From assembly GCA_037379345.1 (NCBI GenBank), contig CM074511.1, forward strand, positions 13,082,001 to 13,146,000: a stretch of DNA of 64,000 bases, written 5' to 3'. The notes under the pieces are model-generated. The model had not been told where the DNA came from, ran no database searches, and was given only the letters and a program-made list of their open reading frames with translations. Every line of letters begins with the position of its first letter. The first letter of the stretch is position 1. The DNA is from Perna viridis. Lineage: Eukaryota. A program made the position numbers and the translations under genes. Of this stretch, positions 53,909 through 64,000 are shown piece by piece.

Positions 53909-54217
53909 ATGGTCATTGTTATGGTGTATCCATCAGCACCATGAAAACTGATTTATTCAATGGGTCATAGTTTTCCTATCCTCGTTTGCCTACCCCGGAC
54001 TTGACTTTTTATGAGCAACTCGGCGGGTGTTTCTCGAAAAGCAGAGGACGCTTACCCTATCAGTGCACCTGGTCCATGCTCCCAGTTTTTAGTGGAGTCC
54101 GAGTTGCTCATTTACTTTTGTTACTTTGTTGTGTATGTCTGTTTTCCATGTCTGGTCTTTGTCCCTGGATTAAATTCTTTTGATAACCGCTATAACCTTG
54201 GTTCCCTTGATTACTCT
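53909..54217 (+). mobile_element. Dispersed ~300-bp repeat, copy 1 (best preserved; non-autonomous retroelement/SINE-like, family unassigned)
   Basis: Colinear similarity to 60731-61068 (same strand) and 59774-60063 (opposite strand), from GGTGTATCCATCAGCACC through GCAGAGGACGCTTACCCTATCAGTGCACCTGGTCCATGCTCC to CTTGGTTCCCTTGATTACTC. Strand is relative only. Confidence 0.8.
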
Positions 54218-57200
54218 TAAGTTTGATGATCAATTTAGTAACAATGTATCATGTAACTAGTGCTTCGAAAAAATTGCTAATTTTTCACAAATTAAAATAA
54301 AACAAAAAACCTTTTTAGTTGACCCTGATCATGTAAGTGATAATTCAGTGATGAAACCCTGAGGGTCCATTATCAGACCCTACATCAAGAACAAGAACAA
54401 TTAGTGAACCACACATCAGAGAAAAAAAATTAAAAAATTGAACTTTATGTTACTTACACCATGAAAGAGATTTCCTCAATATTTCAGTTGATACCATTAT
54501 GCTGAAAACTGAATTGAAACCTTAGCACTGTGACAGGAGTCATTTTTAGCTATCCTTACTATTTTTATACATTCTATTTGACCTTTGAACTTTTTTCTTG
54601 AAATTCTTATTACCTACCAGTTTGTGCTGGTAATGTCATGACTGTGGAATTACATATCCTTTTTGTTTGTGGACTATTCATTTTCAGAGTTGTTGATGAT
54701 GAGCCAAGTCATCATGGTTAAAGTATACATGAACTGTATCTTTTTTTTTAAATCTTGATTACCATGCATGTACATGTACATGCACATGCAATATAATTGA
54801 CCTGTTACAGCAATCAATCTATAGGACAGAATTCTAGAGTCCTAACAGCAATAACTACAATGGTCAAGTATTTAACTAATTAACTGATGAACATCAAATT
54901 CTGTCCAACTATAAAATTACACAAAGTAAACAGCACGTAACCATGATAGATAGAAGGACTACTAGACCTGTCATTGGTGATGCAGGTTAAAACATAACAT
55001 TACAAAAATATATTATATATCATGTGTAATTGGAGAGAACTGAAAAATATGTTACTGAAGGACAAAATTTTACTTAAACAAGTTCAAGTTCATTTCTAAA
55101 AGATCTTAAGGCAGCTCTTTTTTTACTTCTCATATCTATTCATTACCTCAGGAATGAGATTCTCTTTAAAAACAGAATCTGCGTACACTTGATGTCAATT
55201 TTAAACAGTTATGCATGTAAATTCTACGTAAAATTGTTTCCATCTCAACTTGACAATTCCCAGCGGCAACCATTAATGCACTTTTTTCTTCAACAAGAAG
55301 ATTCATTTTCACCACTTCATCTTCATGCCTCAAAGAACCAGAATTAATTTTAGCAAAAATCAAATACTTCAAAAATCAATGAATCTTCTAGAAATCTCAG
55401 TGTAATTGGCATTTGGCATTTTCATCATTATAGAAATAATACTGGTTTTAACCAAGCTTTTAGAAAAATCTATTTAAAACCGACACTTTCAAATCATTTT
55501 CCCTTTTTCTATCAAGTTAATGGAGACCAAAACAAGAAATTACTGAATGTCTCAGGAGTTTATAAACAAGAAAAGCAATATATATTGAGTTGGCTTAGAA
55601 GTAACTAGGAAGTTACAGACACAATAGATTTTTTAGCATGGCCTTGATTAGGCCATTCATGTATATATGTAGGGATGAAAATTTTATTGACAAAATTTTC
55701 TATGGACACCATTAATTATATTCCTATTCAATAACAAGCATTGAAAACTAGTACAGCATTTCATAGGTACAAAGATAATTTACATGTAAAATGAACATTC
55801 AGGAAGCTAATTCTTTATACTGAGATAAGATAAAAAAAAAAATGTTGCCTCTTCAATAACTGACAATTTGAATTTGATTGGAACGTTCAAGAATTCCACT
55901 TGCTAGTATGAATTATATTTTTTTTTTTACAAAACAGTTAGGCAATACTCCAGTTTTTTAGGGGCACCTGAGGTTTTTTTAAGACATAATGTCTAGATGC
56001 AATATGTATCCTGGGCTTGAACTCCTTACTCCAATTTATCAGGCTTCTATAAATAGATCAAATCACCTGTGAAAATCAGTTTGTTTACAGAAAAATCATT
56101 TCAACTTAAAGGCATGGTCAAAATTAGCTTAGAATTAGCTTAATAATGATTTGTTTTCATCTTACATTCTACTTTTAAAACTTTTTCAGAGAGTTTTCCT
56201 AGAAGCTTCACACTATCAGCCATGACTTTAATAGTGCAAAGTCTTCCCCTATATTGCAGGTACCCCACAGACTATTTTGCAACAATGTATGTAAAAAGTA
56301 TACATTGATAATATTTCAATAAGTAAATATTTACCTAGATCTTTCATGTTTAAATCTTAAGGTGTTAAGAACATTTAGCTGATTAAACAAATTGTTTGAG
56401 TTTCACAGGCATCCACAAAAATCAGACTCAACATATTTTTGTAAATATTTTTAGTCCATTAAATACATACTTTGTCTGCTATCATCAAAGAGAGTAACAG
56501 ACTGGTTGAATCTGACTAAATGAAAGCAATAATAAGTTTCATTTTAATTGTTGCTTTCTAAAAGTTCGGGACCTTTTCAGTTGACCTTTGTAAACATAGG
56601 TCTACGTTCATGACAAAATGTTGGTAATTTTCTAATCATTTCAACACTTTCATTGAAAAATTGCCAAACATATAACTGTTTTCTTCAAATTCAAATAAAT
56701 CTGAAACATTTTGTTTTTCTAATGAAGTATATCAATAAACTAATTTTTTACATATATTTGACATACCTGGGGCTAGCAAACTAAATTTTGGACATTTATT
56801 TTTTTTATTGAAATCAGATTTTTTAACAGATAAAATTATAGTAATGAAAGATGAAATCTTTGACACTTGTGGTTAGTATCATAAGTGATATCTTACATGT
56901 CATGCGGCTGTCTAATTAACATAATCAAATGTAATGGCAATTAACAGCATGAGTAATTAATCAAACAGCATGGAATTGTTTACAGGACTACATGTACTAA
57001 AGGTGTTGAGCAGATGTAGATTGAAGACCTTAAACCCACCACATGTATCCATGCAAACAGAATTCAGGGTATTTCAGACCATGTTACCATGACAAAAATG
57101 ATGATTTGCTACTGACAAATTGGAACAGAAAGAAATGGGTAGGTTTACAGAAAATCATATGAACCCAAAGTTCTTTTTTGGTTGGCCATAGATTTAAGTA

Positions 57201-59773
57201 AGAGACTGTAGCAACCTACTCTTTATTCGCCTTTCCTTCAAGACAAACTTACAGGCGTAGATGTTATCTGCTATTAAAAGTTCAGTTTATGGAATACTCC
57301 CTGGGGGATACAAACTATCTGAAAATTTTATCCATTTATAGGCAGTTAAGAGGTACTTGACTACTCAATGCTACCAAATAATACAGAAGGATTTCCATAC
57401 AAGACACACCTAATACATACAAATCAATTTCAAAGGAAGGAATTATGTACAAATGTAAAAATCAAAAGAATGATCAAAATAATTTTGAGATAACATATCA
57501 CTCCCTATGCAAACTCTGTAAACAAAAACACATTAAATTTATCAATTAAATTAAAATCTGACACAGATATTAAAGGATTAAATATTCTACATACCCAGTG
57601 ATACAAATATACATGTTGATGAGCTTCAGAGTAAATCCTATAATGTATGTACTTCTGTCATTCTGTCATTACAAGATGATCACTATGTTGTCCAATGAGT
57701 GAGGCAAATATCACTTTAATTAATCCCTATGTCTATAAGCATTCCAATAGAAATCCTAATTTTGGAAGTATGTGGTCAATATTGTTCTAATTATCTCTCC
57801 AAATTCCACACTGACCTTACAACTGCAACATTGATGATAAAAAATGACAGGCCATAACAATGCCAATTTCAGCAACTATTCATAAATCAAGGCATGCAAT
57901 AAAATTTTATTTTCTATGTAAAATTCTGATACTTGACTAATGCAAATCTAAGTTTAAAAAAAAACAGTTCCCTGACCTGTTTGTTAGTATCTCAATTCTC
58001 AAATCCATAATTACAGTCTAGTTACAAATAGTTATCCACCCATAGGGTTAATTGTAGCATTAAATCACGACAATATGTCAAGCCAGCATACAACCCTTTG
58101 TGATCCTAAGAATGACCACAGCTAAGTATGATCATAGCCAATTGCTTATAAAAATCCTCACACTATTCTGAATAAATCAGCTCCTTTCAAGTACTATTAA
58201 TTGACTTAAAAATGTCAATTTATATCCTGAAGTTCCACAAAAAATGGCCTATAAATTTAATAACAAGCCTTATACCTGAGTGTTATAAGAACAATACATG
58301 AAGTCCTGAAAATTGGTCAATTATTATGAAGGTGTCGATAATATTTGTAAAGCAATTATTTAATCCTCTGATAATCAATGTTATCATTGTATCTCCCCCA
58401 TCTGTGGCAAATCAACAAAATAACAGCAGAAAAATCAATGCACTAAATATCATCCAATAGTGATTGATTCTGATAAGAGCTGTCAAGAATGGCTTCATGG
58501 ATTTTAAAACCCTACAGTGACTGGTCAGTTTCAGCAATCTGAATTCTGAAAAACCCTTCACCAAACCAATCTACTTCCACACACAAGAATTTATCAAAAA
58601 GCCTTGTCAAATAATTGTGAAACTTTCAGTAACTGTTCATCGTCAGCTATCCACAACTATTGGTCATTGAAGTCTCAAGTTACAGATTCCCTCTTGTAAA
58701 AAAATGTCCAATATGTAAATATTTACTTAAAATTCGTAAGTTCCAACTTAAGTGTACACAATAAAGCAAATAATTCTAAACAAAAAGGCGAAAGATATAT
58801 ATACCAACTTCCACGTTAAATTCTTTGTGAAAAGACATCTGTCGCTGAATTATCCATTTGATGGTAATCACATATCAGTATAAAAGTTTTGAATAAAAAT
58901 TTTCCAATATTTTGTGGTATCAGCTGATAGATATTGAGTCTTAAGTGTCACTTTGTATACTTTTCAATAAACAGTAAACAATCTCCAAGTGAAAACTTAC
59001 AAGTAGGTAAAATGTATGTATTTGTACCCCTCTGGGTAAACCAGGTAGAACAGCTATGACTAGGAGAAATATTTACACTGATGTAAATTAATGGTTTCAA
59101 TTGATACACTTAAATCCACATTATTAAAAAAGCACAAATTATTGACATGTCAACACATAAAATAGAAATAAAATAAATTTGCAACTCAAATGACACCAAC
59201 ATTTGGCTAAAAAATTGATAATCAGTTAGAATTTGTCACCTAAGACCAAAATTCAAGACAAGACACAATAAATTGAATTTTTGTAATTTATTTATATAAT
59301 GGTATCATATTTTTCAATTGTTTACCTAAGAACAAACACAGAACAGATCCAAGGAAGATAATTAAATGCTAAAAGTAATATGATTTTCAAAATAATGAAA
59401 TGTAAACCAAAATAACAATGAAAAATTTAAAGACCAGATGAAACAGGATTTTGACATAATGAACTTTGTTTTCTTTTCAATTTAAGATAGACATCTTTTA
59501 CCTACCAAAAATAAACAATTATAAATAAGTTTGTAAGGTTAAAGATCAAGCACTTAATTTCAGTATTCTTCACTAATGATCTGTTGTGATTTATTGTGTG
59601 TTTTAAAGGTTTATTTTGGTGGTCTTTGTTCCATAACAAACTTTTTTAGTCTTTGGTTGGGATGTAAATACTTTTGTAACCATAACCATTCAAAGTAAAA
59701 AAGTGTATATAGCTCTGCCACAAGATGTTATTGCGATAAATCTATTACTTAATCTATTGAAGAATCGAAGGAA

Positions 59774-60063
59774 AATCAAGGGAATCAGGATTTAAAGAAC
59801 ATAATCGAAGAATAATGATTAGTCAAGACACACACAACAAAGAATATGATATAACCAAGCTAACAAGCACAGAAGTAACAAAAGTAAATGAGCAACCAGG
59901 ACTAAAACTAGGAGCATGGACCATGTGCACTGGTAGGGTAAGCATCCTCTGCTTTTCTAGAAAAGCAACTGAGTTGCTCACAAAATGAGTAGAAGAGGGA
60001 AGGAGATTATGACACAGTGAAAAAAAAAATGAGTTCTGGTGGTGCTGATGGATACACCATAAC
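59774..60063 (-). mobile_element. Dispersed ~300-bp repeat, copy 2 (inverted, more diverged)
   Basis: Reverse-complement matches to copy 1: GGTGCTGATGGATACACCATAAC, GGAGCATGGACCATGTGCACTGGTAGGGTAAGCATCCTCTGCTTTTC and AATCAAGGGAA. Confidence 0.75.
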
Positions 60064-60231
60064 TATCCACGAACACAGGCTTTCAGTTATAGGTAAATGG
60101 GAATCCTCCATAATTCAATGTTTTGGTCAATAATTAAATTTTGGACCCAAAATTTGAATGAGCCTAGGACCTGATTTAAGAAAGATTTAAACATGTTTCT
60201 GGGGGATATATGATCATACAAAGGCTATCTT

Positions 60232-60437
60232 CAGTGTTCTAGGATTTTTCAGAAATTGAGGTTTCCTCAGGAAAAATCCATATAATATCAACTTTCCCAC
60301 AGTCAATGACTGCTTTCCTGACAAAACAAATATGAAGTTTTCAACCTGCCAAGGGAAAGTGTAACTTAGTACCTAACTTTCCCATACCCAAATTTCACTT
60401 GCCCTGGGTAACGGGAAATAGGAATCCTAGAACACTG
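60232..60437. mobile_element. 206-bp MITE with perfect 15-bp TIRs (CAGTGTTCTAGGATT / AATCCTAGAACACTG) and 6-bp TSD TATCTT
   Basis: Left junction ggc-TATCTT|CAGTG; right junction CACTG|TATCTT-gtc. No coding capacity. Confidence 0.85.
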
Positions 60438-60730
60438 TATCTTGTCATGACATACTGTAGTAAGTAATTGAATGATGAAGCTTCAGTTTTATCTTGATAT
60501 TGTCCTAAGACAAATATATATACTAAACATGTTTTAGAGGCAAAAGAAAAAGATTTGATAACTTATACATTTTACATGTGGTGGGTTTAAGGTCATTAAT
60601 TTACATCATATGTAAAACAATACTAAGTAGATCAAAAACACAAGACCACCCTTAGAAGATTTCACTCAAATATTTAAAAAGATATTCATGGACAAGCAAA
60701 CACATTGTAGGATTGCACTACAGAAGTTTT

Positions 60731-61068
60731 ATGGTCATCGTCATGAACTTGGTGTATCCATCTGCACCATGAGAACTGATTTGTTCAACATATTATAGTT
60801 TTCATTTCCTCTTTCATCTACCCTGGACTTGACTTTTTATTAGCAAATCAGCGAGTGTTTCAAGAAAAGCAGAGGATATTTACCCTATCAGTGCACCTGG
60901 TCCATGCTCCCAGTTTATAGTGGAGTCTGTTGCCATTTGTTTCCTTGTACATATAATTTTGAATTATGTTATGGTCTTTCTTGTGTGTGTGTGTTTTTCC
61001 TGTCTGGTCCTTGTCCCTGGATTAAGTTCTTTTGATTTCCACTAGAATCTTGGTTCCCTTGATTACTC
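60731..61068 (+). mobile_element. Dispersed ~300-bp repeat, copy 3
   Basis: Near-colinear with copy 1, e.g. TACCCTATCAGTGCACCTGGTCCATGCTCCCAGTTT and CTTGGTTCCCTTGATTACTC. Confidence 0.8.
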
Positions 61069-64000
61069 CTGCCATAGGTTAAACAAGATATACAAGGGAA
61101 ACAATCAGAATGTGTTCCAACAATGGAAACTTACGGTCAGAATAGAAACAACATAAGGTAATTAAACAGAATGGTTCCAAATCTGACCAATGCCAGTTAA
61201 TGGTATATCTAACCTAACAAAACACATTTCCTGTGAAGCCAATCAACATAAACCAATATTTATGCAGCCTCATGTAGTAAATCTGTCAATCTCATTTATT
61301 TGATATGGTACTACAGAACAAATCACAAATGAAACTCAAATTAATGGACAATGGCCACTCTAACATAGAAAAGACCTCTTCAAGTCCTATATCAGTCATC
61401 CTGTAACACAATAAAACATCCATTAGATGATGAATATATTTTTTGTTCAACCATATCCAGGATTTTTGAAGTCATATTGATTGACCATCCACTCAGTGTG
61501 TAGTTTACTTTATTGATGATTGTAACAGCATGTAGATATCATTCTGACACCAGATCAATTTGCCTAACCAAAGGTAATAATACAGACAGGCAGATTATTT
61601 TGAAGCTCATTACACTAAGATAACATTAATTACTGACAGAAATGGTACAGCATTAGTTTGAAAAGCAAGAAATCAAACATTCTTAATAAATGCCTCAATT
61701 GGTTAGACATATATTCTGTTGATTATAAACACGAGAATCATATATGAAAACGAAAGATTCTGACAGGGAAAACATCCATGTTTGATCCTGATATAATCTT
61801 GTTTTAATGTTCCATCTATAGATAAATTATGTTCCTTTATTGAAATCAGACTGAAGTGAAGAGGTTAATACAGTCCTGAAACATCTGGAGATTTAGTGCA
61901 GTTGCCTGGAACAATATCCTCCCCTGATCCTGAGACATCTGGACAGTTGGTGTGGTTCACCTGGAACCAAATCCATGGGGAGGAACATTATCTCCAATGA
62001 GCCACGTGTCCCCTGGTGATAAAGTCAATCATCACCTGTGGACAGTATGTCAGTGTCAGAATAAATCAGATTGGATATGCCACCACACTGAGTAAATGAC
62101 CAAACAATCTGAAATTTCACTCTCATCATGATACAGCTGGTTTTCTATGAAGCAATTCAACAATTATAATGGGCAGCTGTGTTCACCAAGGTACATTATA
62201 AACAATCCATGCTACCAAAAAGTACAAATCAGAAGATATGCTTTGTATATTTTCATTTATTATTTCATTTTAATTTCCCGAGTTCTAGAATTCAAGGAAA
62301 AAAGGACATTGCCCTGGTATGCAACACCATGGAATTCGACTACAAACTAGTGAGCCATAGTATGTATTTCGATTTAATTTATCTTTGATGAAAAGATTTA
62401 CGATCAATCATCAAAATTAGTCAATGAAACAGAACAACATATTTCCTCCATGTATAACTATTTCACACCAAAATACCACAATCAATATAAAATCTTTATC
62501 AATAATCTGTGAATTTTAGAAACTAATCTTCTATCTTTCTCAAGAGAAAGTTGTGGGAGTAGAAAGGAGTCCTCAGTACACAAGTCATTGAATTTTAGAG
62601 TCTACTGAATTCAATCGCTAATCCAAATACCACATGGAGATTTTCATCATGTCTGAGATAATATTGCATCAAGCCAACTTAAGACAGTGGATAGTAACAA
62701 TATACTATTTTTTTGTAGCAGGAAACACCTAAGTTTATCAAGAAACCAAAAAATACAATTATAGGAATCAATGGATTGATGAACAACTTCACTAAAAAAC
62801 CATAAAAAGTATTAAATTTTTTTTTGTTTCATTAGTTAACTCAGATCTATATTTTTTATGACCCTAACAAGTACTCAGCTGTTTTAAACAATAACCCAAA
62901 ACTAGGTAAAAATTTATAAATAGCTGTAGATTGTTTGTACTTATAGACCCTTTTTGATAAATCCACAAATGAGACATATCATACTGAATAATAATCCCTT
63001 AAAAACAGCAATATCATCCATAATATGAATTGACTGATCAAATAACACCTTTAGGGAGATCCAAAATATTGTATTCAGTCAGGTACAGGAAAGTTCAATC
63101 AGGTAGTTTCATCCTCATGGATGAAATAGCAAAATTTTTTTTTTTTAGATTATCTAGTTACTTCACAGGTCAAAGAACAGCCTGACGAAATTGTGAAAAG
63201 ACAAATAGGTAGGAATTATGACTGTTGACAGAAGAAATTGAGCATCTTGGCAAACAGAATGGGAGAATAAGCACCTGTTCTTCCTTTAAGTCAATGACTC
63301 GCTGTACATGTTTTTGTGATGATTCATCAGGAAAGAACAGAGTTTAGAGCAACTGATCACAGAAAGACATTCCAACTTTATTATGAAGATATACTATTGA
63401 GATTGCAACAAGAAGTACCACAAGAAGTCGGACTGAACCTGATGTGATGATCTTTGGAGACATTTAAGTAATTTGTTAACAAGTCATATGAAACAACATG
63501 ATTTTGGCAATTTTACACATTTTGTAAACTGCTTCACAGTTTAAACATTTAAATATCAACTCCTACGAACCATTTTATTTGGTACACGTAACCTGTTCAA
63601 AAATTAGAAACATTCCTTGTAATATAATTTCTGACATATTCAAATCCAAATATTAAGATCTTTTTCATTAATCAAACATAATTTATAATGGGATTATTTG
63701 AATATTTGAGTATGAACTCATCTATGATAGTGACATCACAGTACAAAAACAAGTAAAAAAGAAGTTATACAAATAACTTGGTTTGTTCAAGAGAACCAAC
63801 CAATCAGAAAGCTTCTTGCAATTCAAATCAAATTATTCATGGCTGTTTCATTAGAACACTGTCATTGACAAATGACTTTGCTATTTTTAGTATCAAAGCA
63901 GTGGACTGTGACTCTAAGTTGCTCATGCAATAAGTAATAAAGTTGCAAGAAAATTGTTTCTTTAATTCATGTTGCAGACTTAATGAACAAAAACATAAGA

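Noticed and set aside
53986-54220. Two overlapping plus-strand ORFs
   Set aside because: They lie within the dispersed repeat and are not maintained in the other copies.
55146-55372. 68-aa minus-strand ORF with a nearby donor (AG|GTAATG) as a possible upstream exon
   Set aside because: The ORF stops before the donor. The donor's phase-2 frame has no ATG or convincing acceptor, and no homology was recognised.
1202-62388. Remaining 60-120 aa ORFs in the track
   Set aside because: They have AT-biased composition, no recognisable domains and no consistent splice structure; treated as intronic noise.

Overview
This is AT-rich, CpG-poor animal genomic DNA, probably a lophotrochozoan such as a bivalve mollusc (inferred from intron style, repeats and TACATGTA enrichment). 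It is dominated by one minus-strand, multi-exon gene encoding an IQSEC/BRAG-family (Drosophila Schizo/Loner-like) Arf guanine-nucleotide exchange factor with IQ motif, Sec7 domain and PH domain. I rebuilt 10 phase-consistent GT-AG exons by hand (26478 down to 666). A phase-compatible candidate first exon lies at 45710-45984, giving about 976 codons in the window; the 3' end probably continues left of base 1. Most entries in the ORF track are spurious. Main points of interest: (1) an 18-copy 32-bp minisatellite built from a Sec7 exon's own 5' splice site, with an in-frame stop just inside it; (2) a symmetric 33-nt exon carrying the catalytic glutamate finger; (3) a candidate N-terminal exon combining a CFC palmitoylation-like motif with both calcineurin docking motifs (PxIxIT-like and LxVP); (4) a ~300-bp structured dispersed repeat present as an inverted pair around a 206-bp MITE with 15-bp TIRs and a 6-bp TSD. 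I found no CRISPR, rRNA, tRNA or autonomous transposon.
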